Of a stretch of 64,000 nt of DNA, positions 19,054-32,356 are shown one piece after another (positions within the stretch are counted from its first letter, which is position 1; every line of letters begins with the position of its first letter). The position numbers and the translations under genes were made by a program. This DNA comes from an uncultured Gemmatimonadales bacterium (GTDB lineage Bacteria > Gemmatimonadota > Gemmatimonadetes > Longimicrobiales > Gaopeijiaceae): assembly GCA_963751265.1 (NCBI GenBank), contig CAVVTU010000003.1, positions 492,156 to 556,155 on the forward strand. The letters run 5' to 3'. The notes below the pieces were generated by a model that saw nothing but the letters and a program-made list of their open reading frames with translations, searched no databases and was not told where the DNA came from.

Positions 19054-21272
19054 TCCGGAGCATTCTCACCGTCGCGCGGCGTGAGGTTCGAAGCTACTTC
19101 GACACATCCACGGCGTACGTGCTCATCGTCGCCTTCCTCGGGCTGTCGCTCTTCCTCGGGTTCCGGAACATGTTCTCGTCGGACGCGGCCACGTTGCGTC
19201 CGTTCTTCCAGATGCTGCCGATCCTCTTCGCGGTGTTCGTTCCGGCGGCCACCATGCGGAGCCTGGCCGAGGAGAGGAGGGGCCGTACGCTCGAGTGGCT
19301 GCTCGCTCAGCCGCTCACCGAGACGGAGATCGTCATCGGGAAGTTCCTGGGCGACTGGGTCTTCGTCCTGATCGCTCTGGCCGGCACGTTGCCGACCGCG
19401 CTCGGTGTGCTGATGGTCTCGAAGGCCGACCCGGGAATCATGGTCGCGCAGTACTTCGGGGCGGCGCTGCTGGCGGCGGAGTTCGTCGCCCTCGGGCTGT
19501 GGGCCTCGAGCTTCACGCGCAACCAGATCACCGCGTTCATCGTGGCAGCGCTCGGGAGCTTCCTCTTCTACCTCATCGGTCTGCGGGTCGCGCAGATCGG
19601 CGTGCCCGCATACGTGGCGGCCGCCCTCGGCAATCTCTCGGTGCTCACCCACTTCGAGAATGTGGCGCGCGGGGTCATCGACCTGCGGGACGTGCTGTAC
19701 TTCGCGTCCGTCTCGATCTTCTTCCTGGTGCTCGCGACGGCGGTGCTCGGCCGGGACCGCCTGAGCCACGGCCGAGCCGACTACAAGCGCCTTCGGGTCG
19801 GAGCGCTCGCGGTAGGCGTGCTGGTGTTGGTCCTCAACCTTCTGGGAAGCCACGTGCGAGGTCGGATCGACCTGACTCGGGGCAACCTCTACACGCTCGC
19901 GCCGGGTACGCGTGAGGTGTTGGGCGGGCTCGACGACGTCGTTCAGGTCAAGCTCTTCGTCTCCAGCGACCTCCCCTCGGAAGTGCAGCTCCAGCTCCGT
20001 GACGTGCGCGACCTGCTCTCGGACCTGCGCCACGCGTCGGACGGCAAGCTGAAGGTCACGGAGCTGCATCCGGACCAGAGCGACGACGCCCGGAACCAGG
20101 CCAGCTCGTACGGCATCGAGCCCGTGCAGTTCAACGTGATGCGCAACGACGAGTTCCAGGTGAAGCGGGGATATTACGGGCTCGCGCTGCTCTACGCGGA
20201 CAAGAAGAAGGTCATCCCGGTCATCGAGCATCCCGAGAACCTCGAGCTCAACCTGGTATCGGACATCTACTCGATGACCACGAGCCACCGACCCGCCATC
20301 AGCTTCGCCAGCGGGTTCGGGGCCAAGACGGTCGGAACGTACGCGTCCATGAAGACGGAAGTGGACGACCGGTACACCACTCGCTACATCGACCTCGCCA
20401 ACGACACCGCACCTCCGCTGTCGCCCGACTCGCTGAAGGTGCTGGTCGTTGCGGGTCCCACCCAGCCGTTCGACAGCACGGCGGTGCGTCGTATCGAGAG
20501 CTACGTCGACAGCGGCGGCTCGGCGCTCCTGCTCCTCAATCCCGTGCTCATGGATCCGCGCCAGCCCATGGTGCATCCGGTGAAGACGGGCCTGAATCCG
20601 CTACTCGAGAAGTACGGGATGCGCCTCGACTCCAACATGGTCGAGGACCCTGCGTCCAGCGAACGCGTCTCCATGGGGCGCCAGGGGCTCTTCAACGTGG
20701 TTGCTTCGTACCCGCTGTGGCCCGTCGTCCACCCGGCCGGGGACAGTCCCATCACCCGCAACATCACCGGGCTCTCTCTGGCGTGGCCCGGCCACATCGA
20801 GATCCTGGATTCGGCCACCGTGCAGCCCCTCTGGCAGACCACCAAAGCTGCCGGGCTCAGAAGCCCGGATCTTCCGATCATGCCCGACCAGGACTTCGGC
20901 ATCCCGCCCGATCAGCAGGGCGTGCGCACCGTAGCCGTGTCGGTGACCCCACCGAAGTCGAGCAAGGCCGGCCGCATGGTGGTGGTGGCGAACGAGACGT
21001 TCCTGGAGAACCAGTTCGTGCAGAACAACCCGGGCAACGAGGCCTTCGTGCAGAACGCGATCGACTGGCTTGCTGAGAACGACGCGCTCATGAGCATCCG
21101 ATCCAAAGATCGGACTCCGCCCCCGTTGACCTTCTCGTCGGCCGCGAGCCGAAACCTGCTCAAGTGGGGCAACCTGGTCGGGATGCCCCTCCTCTTCGTG
21201 CTCATCGGGATCCTGCGCGTGAGCGGCCGCCGACGCAGGGCGGAGTCGCGCTGGAAGGAGGTGGTGTCATGA
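19050..21272 (+). CDS. Fused ABC-2 permease (GldF-like) + GldG-like auxiliary domain protein
   Basis: 740 aa. The N-terminal ~240 aa form a 6-TM ABC-2 permease. The rest, DLTRGNLYTLAPGTREVLGGLDDVVQVKLFVSSDLP... with a terminal TM, is the GldG / ABC-type uncharacterized transport system pattern. The start overlaps the ATPase stop (ATGA). Confidence 0.75.
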   Translation: MIRSILTVARREVRSYFDTSTAYVLIVAFLGLSLFLGFRNMFSSDAATLRPFFQMLPILFAVFVPAATMRSLAEERRGRTLEWLLAQPLTETEIVIGKFLGDWVFVLIALAGTLPTALGVLMVSKADPGIMVAQYFGAALLAAEFVALGLWASSFTRNQITAFIVAALGSFLFYLIGLRVAQIGVPAYVAAALGNLSVLTHFENVARGVIDLRDVLYFASVSIFFLVLATAVLGRDRLSHGRADYKRLRVGALAVGVLVLVLNLLGSHVRGRIDLTRGNLYTLAPGTREVLGGLDDVVQVKLFVSSDLPSEVQLQLRDVRDLLSDLRHASDGKLKVTELHPDQSDDARNQASSYGIEPVQFNVMRNDEFQVKRGYYGLALLYADKKKVIPVIEHPENLELNLVSDIYSMTTSHRPAISFASGFGAKTVGTYASMKTEVDDRYTTRYIDLANDTAPPLSPDSLKVLVVAGPTQPFDSTAVRRIESYVDSGGSALLLLNPVLMDPRQPMVHPVKTGLNPLLEKYGMRLDSNMVEDPASSERVSMGRQGLFNVVASYPLWPVVHPAGDSPITRNITGLSLAWPGHIEILDSATVQPLWQTTKAAGLRSPDLPIMPDQDFGIPPDQQGVRTVAVSVTPPKSSKAGRMVVVANETFLENQFVQNNPGNEAFVQNAIDWLAENDALMSIRSKDRTPPPLTFSSAASRNLLKWGNLVGMPLLFVLIGILRVSGRRRRAESRWKEVVS

Positions 21273-22174
21273 GTGAACGGACCTTGAAGCGCCTGTTGGG
21301 CGTGTTGGCCGTGGTGGTGGTTGTTTGGGCGGGTGTGACCTTCTTGTCCGGGCGGGCCGGCAAGCCTGCGGGCTCGGCGGCGGTGACTGCTTTCTTCGAC
21401 GGGCTCACACCCGGAGCGGTGTCGGCGGTTCACATCGAAGGCCCTGTGGACACGGTCGATCTGCAACAGAAGTCGGGTGTCTGGACGATCCACGGACAGG
21501 CGACCGACTCGGCGGCGGTGGCCCGCCTATGGTCCGACGTCAAAAGCGCGACCGTTCGCGACCTGGTGGCCTCGAATCCGGAGAATTATGCCCGGTTGGG
21601 CGTGGCCGCCGACAGCACCTGGAAGGTGACCTTCGACGTGTCGGGCGGGTCCCGCACGATCTACGTGGGTGGAGCCGGACCGACCTACACGACGGCCTAC
21701 GTGCGCCTGCCCGATGAGGATGCGGTGTATACGCTGGACGGAGGTCTGCGCTCGGCCGTCGTGCGAGACGCGGACGATTGGCGCAACAAGAAGGTGGTGT
21801 CCATCGACTCCTCCTCGGTCGTTCATCTCGCCGTCGATCGAGGCGGACACCGGTATCAGCTGGTCCGCAAGGACAGCACGTGGACCTTCCAGGGGGGCGG
21901 CGTCGCGGACACGGCCGTTGTCCGGAACATGCTCTCCGAGCTGACCGACCTGCGCGCCTCGGGTTTCTACCACCAGGGAGATTCGCTTGCGGCCCGGGCT
22001 GGCTCGCTGGTCGCATTGAACGGCGTGGGCGACACGCTCACGGCCTTGACCGCCGGCGGCGGGGAGGGCAACCGATGGCTGCGTGCCCGCGGCGACTCGA
22101 CGACCTACGAGGTCGCCGGCTACCGCGTCGATCGGGTCATGCCGACGTTGGCGACCGTGAAGAAGGGCTCCTAG
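21269..22174 (+). CDS. DUF4340-like protein, N-terminal anchor
   Basis: The ATG at 21269 overlaps the previous stop (ATGA). MSERTLKRLLGVLAVVVVVWAGV is a membrane anchor. Its position after GldG-like genes is typical of DUF4340. Confidence 0.6.
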   Translation: MSERTLKRLLGVLAVVVVVWAGVTFLSGRAGKPAGSAAVTAFFDGLTPGAVSAVHIEGPVDTVDLQQKSGVWTIHGQATDSAAVARLWSDVKSATVRDLVASNPENYARLGVAADSTWKVTFDVSGGSRTIYVGGAGPTYTTAYVRLPDEDAVYTLDGGLRSAVVRDADDWRNKKVVSIDSSSVVHLAVDRGGHRYQLVRKDSTWTFQGGGVADTAVVRNMLSELTDLRASGFYHQGDSLAARAGSLVALNGVGDTLTALTAGGGEGNRWLRARGDSTTYEVAGYRVDRVMPTLATVKKGS

Positions 22175-22202
22175 GAGCCCGGCAGGCTCCACCGGCTTCG
22201 GA

Positions 22203-22244
22203 GGCACGGCGGCTCACGCGCGGGGCGTGACGAGCCGCCGTGCC
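22203..22244. terminator. Bidirectional hairpin between convergent genes
   Basis: GGCACGGCGGCTC-(16 nt)-GAGCCGCCGTGCC, a 13-bp perfect stem. Confidence 0.55.
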
Positions 22245-22255
22245 CCCACCCCGCT

Positions 22256-23818
22256 TCAGTCCCCGCCGAACTTGATGCCCTGCGCGAGCGGCAGCTGCGT
22301 GCTCCAGTTGACCGTGTTGGTCTGGCGGCGCATGTAGGCCTTCCACGCGTCGGATCCGGACTCCCGGCCGCCGCCGGTCTCCTTCTCACCGCCGAACGCT
22401 CCACCGATCTCCGCGCCGCTGGTGCCGATGTTCACGTTGGCGATCCCGCAGTCGCTGCCCCGGTGCGAGAGGAAGTACTCGGCCTCGCGCACGTGCTCGG
22501 TGAAGATCGCCGAGGACAGTCCTTGCGGCACGCCGTTGTGCAGCGCCATCGCCTCGTCCATGTCGGCGACGGCGTCGGCCGGTCCTGCATCGGCGCGCCC
22601 GTACTCGATGATGTAGAGGATCGGGGCGAACGTCTCTTCCTGCACGATCGCGAAGTCGTTCCGCGCCGCTGCGATGCACGGGGTCGTGTACAGGCTTCCG
22701 GGGTAGGCGTCGCCGGAGAGCGGTTCGCCCCCGTAGAGGATCTCGCCCCCCTCCTCCACCACGCGTCGGCGCGCCTGGGCGAGGTCCTTCAGCGCCTGCT
22801 CGTTGACCACCGGGCCCATGAGCGTTCCGTCGTCCAGTGGGTTCCCGATGGGGATGTCCTCATAGGCGCGCACGAGGCGGCGGACCAGCTCGTCGCGGAC
22901 CGAAGCGTGGACGATGATCCGGCGGGTCGTGGTGCAGCGCTGTCCCGCCGTGCCCACCGCGCCGAACAGGATCGCGGGCAGCACCAGGTCCATGTTCGCG
23001 TGCGGTGTCACGATGATCGCGTTGTTGCCGCCGAGCTCGAGGATCGTGCGACCCAGGCGGCCGCCCACGGCTTCGGCAACGTGTCGGCCGACAGCGCTGC
23101 TCCCCGTGGCCGAGACCAGCGGGATGCGCCCGTCGTTCAGGATCCGTTCTCCCACCGTGGAGCCCTTGCCCACGGCGAGTGAGAAGATGGCCGGGTCCAC
23201 GCCGGCCTCCCGGCACGCCTCGGCCGCGATCTTCGTGACGGCGATGGCGGTGAGCGGTGTCTTGGAGGCCGGCTTCCAGATCGTGGCGTCTCCGCAGACG
23301 GCGGCGATGGCGGCGTTCCAGCTCCACACGGCGACGGGGAAGTTGAACGCGCTGATCACGCCCACCACACCGAGCGGGTGCCACTGCTCCATCATACGAT
23401 GGTCGGGACGCTCGGACGTCATCGTGAGGCCGTAGAGCTGGCGCGAGAGGCCGGTGGCGAAATCGCAAATGTCGATCATCTCCTGCACCTCGCCCATCCC
23501 TTCGGCGAGGATCTTGCCCATCTCCAGCGTCACGAGGGAGCCGAGCTCCTGCTTCCGCTCACGCAGCTTGTCACCGAGTAACCGCACGACTTGGCCTCGC
23601 TTGGGGCCGGGCACCTTCCGCCATTCGAGGAAGGCCTCGTGCGCCCGCTCGACCAGCGCGTCGTATTCCTCCGCGGTGACCTGCCGTACCGAAGCCAGGC
23701 GTGAGCCGTCGACAGGGCTGACGACCTCGAGCTCGGGGCCGGATCCGACCCAGTCTCCGGCAAAGCCACCGGCGTTGACGTCCTTCATGCCGAGGGAACT
23801 CAGTATCTGCTCTCTCAT
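22256..23818 (-). CDS. ALDH7-type aldehyde dehydrogenase (L-2-aminoadipate-6-semialdehyde / piperideine-6-carboxylate dehydrogenase)
   Basis: 520 aa, near-colinear with ALDH7A1/antiquitin as I recall it: GEVQEMIDICDFATGLSR, FNFPVAVWSWNAAIA, ELGGNNAIIV, GTAGQRCTT, SGAEIGGAFGGEKETGGGRESGSDAWKAYMRR...LPLAQGIKF. Confidence 0.85.
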   Translation of the reverse strand: MREQILSSLGMKDVNAGGFAGDWVGSGPELEVVSPVDGSRLASVRQVTAEEYDALVERAHEAFLEWRKVPGPKRGQVVRLLGDKLRERKQELGSLVTLEMGKILAEGMGEVQEMIDICDFATGLSRQLYGLTMTSERPDHRMMEQWHPLGVVGVISAFNFPVAVWSWNAAIAAVCGDATIWKPASKTPLTAIAVTKIAAEACREAGVDPAIFSLAVGKGSTVGERILNDGRIPLVSATGSSAVGRHVAEAVGGRLGRTILELGGNNAIIVTPHANMDLVLPAILFGAVGTAGQRCTTTRRIIVHASVRDELVRRLVRAYEDIPIGNPLDDGTLMGPVVNEQALKDLAQARRRVVEEGGEILYGGEPLSGDAYPGSLYTTPCIAAARNDFAIVQEETFAPILYIIEYGRADAGPADAVADMDEAMALHNGVPQGLSSAIFTEHVREAEYFLSHRGSDCGIANVNIGTSGAEIGGAFGGEKETGGGRESGSDAWKAYMRRQTNTVNWSTQLPLAQGIKFGGD

Positions 23819-23838
23819 GATGTCCTGTCCGGGAAAGG

Positions 23839-27387
<3,549 letters not shown>

Positions 27388-27654
27388 GCGGATGACGGTC
27401 TGCTGGAGGTGTGATCAGAAAGGTGAGTGGGCCGCACCGCATCCGCCGGAGACCCGATGACCCGAGCGCTCGCGGGCTTCGCCGGACGCCGGCGGATGAC
27501 TGCGGACGGATGATTGTAGCGAGGCCCCGGTGGGCCGATCAAATGCGCGAGCGGGGGCGCACCGCAGGGCGCGGGTTTTCCGTCCCGTGCGTCGCCGCCG
27601 GCGCGATCTTCCGCGCCGGATGGACGCCGTCGAGGCAGCCGGAGCGGGGGCTCG

Positions 27655-28668
27655 TCAGGAGGTCCCGCAGCGGAAGGTCTCCAGAATCGTCTCCAGCTGG
27701 ATCATGTACTGGTACTTGTCCTTGTTGGGCGCATACAGCCACGCATCCAGCAGATACATGCGATTCTGCTGAGGGCAGACGATCGCGCGGAGGATGAACG
27801 GACCCGCGGCCGGCCAGCCCAGATCCGGGGGGTTTTTCCAGACCGCCTGGATCTGATAGGCCTGGCGACCCCGGTATTCGAACGGACCCGCGTCGTTGAG
27901 ACTGAGGTCGACATCCTGCGGCTCGCTGTAGTAGTCCTCGGTGAGCTGGTGCCGCCAGCTCAGGAGATCCTCGGGCTGCAACCCGTCGGGGACGGGGCTC
28001 CTCCAGGTGACCGTCACCTGGCGAATGAGCTCCGAAGGATCGGGGTTGTCGTTCCTGAACTCGTAGACGGAATCGGCCGACTTCCTCCATCGATACACCT
28101 TCGGCACCACCAGCTGGAACCGAGCCTGCGCCATGAGCGTGTCGGCCAGGGCCGAGTCGATGCCCGACATGTACATCCGGTTGCGCGCCCATTGGCGGTA
28201 TTGATCGTCGAGGATCTTGTTGATCGCGGGCAGGTGTTGCCTCACCTCGTTCGCGGCGTCGGCCTTCGAGAGGATCAGGAGGTTCACCTGCTGGCCACGT
28301 GACCAGACGTTGTACGCCTTGTAGAGCCCGGGACCGGTTACGGAATCCGTGACTTCGGAGAGCGGCTTCGCCATCCAGGGCTCATCCCCCGTTCCGACCA
28401 GGAGCAGCTGGCGGAAGCGCCTCAGGTTGACCCACTTGTCCGTTTCCGTGGGATCCTGGTAGGTGACGTTGAAGGTCCGCTCTTTGGCCACCGTCAGGAT
28501 CGTCGGCTCGAGCGCGCTCTCGACGTCGTCGGACACCTGGCTCCAGAGGGTCGTGTCCATGACGGCGATGATGCTGTTCGCATCCCCGTAGGCGATGGGC
28601 ATCTGCTCGCACGCCGAGACACCCAGGAGCATGAAGGCCGCTGCCGAGACGATGGCTGAAGTGCGCAT
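27655..28668 (-). CDS. DUF4837-like lipoprotein
   Basis: The start was chosen at MRTSAIVSAAAFMLLGVSAC (lipobox). The overall pattern ...NSIIAVMD...LWSQV...TFNVTYQDP...RFRQLLLVG... is recalled from DUF4837. Family assignment is from memory only. Confidence 0.55.
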   Translation of the reverse strand: MRTSAIVSAAAFMLLGVSACEQMPIAYGDANSIIAVMDTTLWSQVSDDVESALEPTILTVAKERTFNVTYQDPTETDKWVNLRRFRQLLLVGTGDEPWMAKPLSEVTDSVTGPGLYKAYNVWSRGQQVNLLILSKADAANEVRQHLPAINKILDDQYRQWARNRMYMSGIDSALADTLMAQARFQLVVPKVYRWRKSADSVYEFRNDNPDPSELIRQVTVTWRSPVPDGLQPEDLLSWRHQLTEDYYSEPQDVDLSLNDAGPFEYRGRQAYQIQAVWKNPPDLGWPAAGPFILRAIVCPQQNRMYLLDAWLYAPNKDKYQYMIQLETILETFRCGTS

Positions 28669-28730
28669 GGTTCTTCCGGTTCGGGGGCGACACGCCGCGC
28701 GCTGATCCTTCATGGTATTCTACCGCGTGG

Positions 28731-30824
28731 TCAGGATTGGGTTTCGGGCTTGGGCCCGAGATTGCGCTCCAGGAGCGCCTCCGGTGACGGATCTCGGCCC
28801 ATGAACTCGCGAAACAGGACCTCGGGCTCTTCCGAATCGCCACGAGAGAGGATCGCATCGACGTAGGCGCGCCCGGTCTCGCGGTTGAAGATGCCCTCCT
28901 CCTTGAAGCGGGTGAATACGTCTGCGTCCAGCACCTCGGACCAGAGGTAGCTGTAGTATCCCGCCGCGTATCCTCCCGCGAAGAGGTGGGTGAACGAAGG
29001 GACGATGTGGAGGTCCGCGAAACGCGGACTGGGGGAGAAATCCAGGAAACGCTCGCGCGCGAAATCCATGACCTCGGCGCCCTGGCGCCGGTCCACCCCC
29101 TGGTCGTCCGGGTTCTCTCCGGCCTCGGCGTGGAGCTGGGGCGCCAACTCGTCGTGGAGCGCGAGGTCGACGGTACCGAAGGAGAGCTGACGCATCTGTG
29201 CCCAACCACCCATGAAGCGCCGCGCCGCCACCATTCGACGGAAGAGCTCGTCGGGGAAGGGCTCATCGGTCTCGAAGTGCCGCGCGTAGAGGTCGAGGGC
29301 CTCGCGCTCCCAGGCCCAGTTCTCCATGAACTGGCTCGGGAGCTCCACCCAGTCCCAGGCCACGTTGATCCCGGCACGCGCGGGGATCTCGACTCGCGAG
29401 ACGCAATGGTGCAGAAGGTGTCCGAACTCGTGGAAGGTGGTCTCCACCTCCCGATGTGTGAGCAGGGCGGGGCGCTCGTCGTCGGGCGGGGTGAAGTTGC
29501 CGCAGATCACACCCAGGTGCGGGGCGAATCCGTCGGCGCGGGGTCCACCCGTGATGAAGTTGTCCATCCAAGCGCCTTGGCGCTTCTCCTTGCGGGGAAA
29601 CCAGTCGGAGTAGAAGGACCCCACGTGCGTTCCATGTTCGTCGAAGATCTCGAAGAATCGAACGTCCGGGTGCCAGACCTCCTCGATCGGACGCTCCTCC
29701 ACCTTGAAGCCGAAGGTGCGCCGGACGATCTCGAAGAGTCCTTCGAGCACCTGGTCCAGGGGGAAGTAGGGGCGCATGGCCTCGTCATCGATCTCGTAGC
29801 GCTCCTTCCTGAGCTCCTCCATCAGGTAGGACACGTCCCACGGCTCCAGCTCCTCGAAGCCTCGAGCTCGAGCGTGCTCCTTCAGTTGTTCCACATCCCT
29901 GCTCCAGTACGGCCGTGTGCGCGCCACCATGTCGCGCTCGAAGGTGGCGGCTCTGGCCCCGCTCCGCGCCATGCGGTCTTCCAGCTTGTAGTCCGAGAAG
30001 CTCTCGTAACCGAGGATGCGCGCGATTTCGTCACGGAGCCGGAGTAAGCGGGCCATGATCGCGCGGTTGTCGTGCTCACCGTCCCGGCACCGCGTTGTGT
30101 AGGCCACGTGGATCTTGCGGCGGAGCTCACGGTCACGGCAGTACTTGAGGATCGGCTCCACCGAGGGATAGTCCAGGGTGAGCAGCCAGCCGTCGAGATC
30201 CTTCTCGTGCGCCCTGGCCCTCGCCCTTCGCTTGGCGGCTTCCGGGACGCCCTCCAGTCGGCCCTCGTCTTCGACGAGGAACTCGTAGGCGGCCGTCGCG
30301 TCCAGGACATTCTCGCTGAACTTCTGTTGGAGCCGGGCGAGCTCGATGCGCGCCCTCTGGAGGCGTTTTTTCGCGTCGGACGGGAGGTCGGCTCCCGCCC
30401 GGCGGAACTCCTGCACCGTGCGGTCCAGATGTCGTCTGTGGATTCCGGTCAGGGATTCGGCGTCCGAGCTGTCGGCGAATCCCTTCACTCTCCGCCACAG
30501 CTCCTCGTTGAGGGGCAGGCGCGACCAGAAGGCCGAGATCTCCGGAAGGACCGAGTTGTACGCCCGCCGGAGCTCGGGAGTCTCGGCCACCGAGACGAGA
30601 TGGCTCACCGGCGCGATGCGCCGGCTCAGACGATCGGTCACCTCGTCGAGGCGCTCGATGGTATTTGCCCAGGTGGGTGGAGCCGTCTCTCCGGCAATCT
30701 CGTCGATGTAGGAGCTGGCTTCGGCCAGGGCCTCGCCGATTCCAGGCTCGACGTGCGCCGCGCGAATCCGGTGGAACGGGATCCGGTAGTCTTCCGACAG
30801 GAGGGGGTTGGATGTGTCGGTCAT
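28731..30824 (-). CDS. M3 family metallopeptidase (oligopeptidase A / Dcp-like)
   Basis: 697 aa with zinc motif TFHEFGHLLHH and typical M3 C-terminal conservation (GGYAAGYYSYLWSEVLDAD). Confidence 0.85.
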   Translation of the reverse strand: MTDTSNPLLSEDYRIPFHRIRAAHVEPGIGEALAEASSYIDEIAGETAPPTWANTIERLDEVTDRLSRRIAPVSHLVSVAETPELRRAYNSVLPEISAFWSRLPLNEELWRRVKGFADSSDAESLTGIHRRHLDRTVQEFRRAGADLPSDAKKRLQRARIELARLQQKFSENVLDATAAYEFLVEDEGRLEGVPEAAKRRARARAHEKDLDGWLLTLDYPSVEPILKYCRDRELRRKIHVAYTTRCRDGEHDNRAIMARLLRLRDEIARILGYESFSDYKLEDRMARSGARAATFERDMVARTRPYWSRDVEQLKEHARARGFEELEPWDVSYLMEELRKERYEIDDEAMRPYFPLDQVLEGLFEIVRRTFGFKVEERPIEEVWHPDVRFFEIFDEHGTHVGSFYSDWFPRKEKRQGAWMDNFITGGPRADGFAPHLGVICGNFTPPDDERPALLTHREVETTFHEFGHLLHHCVSRVEIPARAGINVAWDWVELPSQFMENWAWEREALDLYARHFETDEPFPDELFRRMVAARRFMGGWAQMRQLSFGTVDLALHDELAPQLHAEAGENPDDQGVDRRQGAEVMDFARERFLDFSPSPRFADLHIVPSFTHLFAGGYAAGYYSYLWSEVLDADVFTRFKEEGIFNRETGRAYVDAILSRGDSEEPEVLFREFMGRDPSPEALLERNLGPKPETQS

Positions 30825-31024
30825 TCGTACGGGGGGGGGTGGGAGCCAGTTCGGGTCATGAAGCGGCTCGGGTCGGAACCGCCGAATGCATTATGCCAAG
30901 AGCGGAACCCGGCGGGTAGGGTACCGTGATCCGCGGGATGTCGTCTATCTTCAGATATCGACACTGTGCAGGTCGCCGGCAGGTGGCGTTCTGCCGACGA
31001 GACCCTCCAGTCATCGTGTGCCCG

Positions 31025-32356
31025 ATGAGTCCAGCCGCGCCCCTTCTCTCCAGGCCTCGAGGCCCACTGACGGTTCTGCGTCCGGCCGTGACCCTCGCGC
31101 TGCTCTTCGGGCTGACCTGGCTCGCCTTGCAGGGAGCGGCACCCACGCTGCAGGGTGGACAGCTGGCTCTTCTCGTGGGCTTCGTTCTCTTGTCGGCGGC
31201 CGTGGCGGGCACGCTGGCCACCAAGGCCGGGCTCCCTCGTTTGACGGGCTTCATCCTGGTGGGCATTCTGGCCGGTCCCTCGGCGCTCGGTCTGCTGCCC
31301 GAGCCTGCGGTCGCGGATCTGAGGCTGATCGACCAGTTCGCCCTGGCCCTCATCGCCATGCTCGCCGGGGGCGAGTTGCGCATCGCTGTCCTGAAGCCCC
31401 ACGCCGCCACGATCGCGGCGACGACGTTGACGGTGACCGGTGTGGTCTGGACGGGCATGGCGCTCGTCGTGCTGGCGCTGAGACCCCTGGTGCCGGCACT
31501 GGCGGGCCTCTCTTTGGCGGGAGCGCTGGGCGTGGCGCTTCTGTTGGGTGTCTGGGCGGCCAACTCCTCCCCGGACCTCACGGTCGCGGTCATCGAAGAG
31601 AAGAAGGCCAAAGGAGACCTGGCGGAGGTCATCCTCGGCATCACCATCGTGAAAGACGTCGTCGTCATCGTGCTGTTCACGCTGACGCTGGCGCTGGTGC
31701 GGCCCCTGCTGGTTCCGGGCGAATCGTTCTCGTCGCACGCGCTCGTGGAGTTGGCGCTCGAGGTGGGCGGGGGGATCGCGGTGGGCGCGGCGCTCGGATG
31801 GGTCTTCTCGCAGTACCTGGGAGGCGAGGGACACCGGTCCCGATCTCCTCTGGCGACGTTCCTCTTCGCGTATGTGCTCGTCGTGGTGGCGCGGGAGCTC
31901 CACGTCGAGCTGCTCCTCACCGGGGTGGCCGCCGGCTTCGTCATCGAGAACCTGTCCGAGGCGGGTGACCGGATGATCCGGGGAATCCGTTCGGTTGCCG
32001 TGGTGGTCTTCGCGTTCTTCTTCGCCGTGGCCGGTGCGAGCCTCGATCTCGGCTCGGCCGCCCGGTACTGGCCGGCGGCGGTGGTCTTTCTCGTCGCGCG
32101 TGCGTTCCTGACCAGGCTCGGGGCACGGTGGGGCGGGCGGCTCGCCGGCGCCGGTGCCGACATCCGCTCACGCGGCTGGCTGGGGCTGGTCTCGCAGGGT
32201 GGAGTGTCGCTAGGGCTCATCCTGGTTCTCGAACGGACCCTGCCCGACGTGGGGGGCGGGATCGTGGCGTTGGCCATGGCCGTGATCGTCGGCAACATCC
32301 TCGTCGGACCCGTCCTGCTCGGACGAGCGCTCGCGCCCACGGGGGGCAAGACGTGA
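31025..32356 (+). CDS. Cation:proton antiporter (CPA/Na+-H+ exchanger family)
   Basis: About 443 aa and polytopic. Contains LPRLTGFILVGILAGPSALGLL...FALALIAMLAGGEL. The start was set at the ATG at 31025, ahead of the first TM segment. Confidence 0.75.
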   Translation: MSPAAPLLSRPRGPLTVLRPAVTLALLFGLTWLALQGAAPTLQGGQLALLVGFVLLSAAVAGTLATKAGLPRLTGFILVGILAGPSALGLLPEPAVADLRLIDQFALALIAMLAGGELRIAVLKPHAATIAATTLTVTGVVWTGMALVVLALRPLVPALAGLSLAGALGVALLLGVWAANSSPDLTVAVIEEKKAKGDLAEVILGITIVKDVVVIVLFTLTLALVRPLLVPGESFSSHALVELALEVGGGIAVGAALGWVFSQYLGGEGHRSRSPLATFLFAYVLVVVARELHVELLLTGVAAGFVIENLSEAGDRMIRGIRSVAVVVFAFFFAVAGASLDLGSAARYWPAAVVFLVARAFLTRLGARWGGRLAGAGADIRSRGWLGLVSQGGVSLGLILVLERTLPDVGGGIVALAMAVIVGNILVGPVLLGRALAPTGGKT

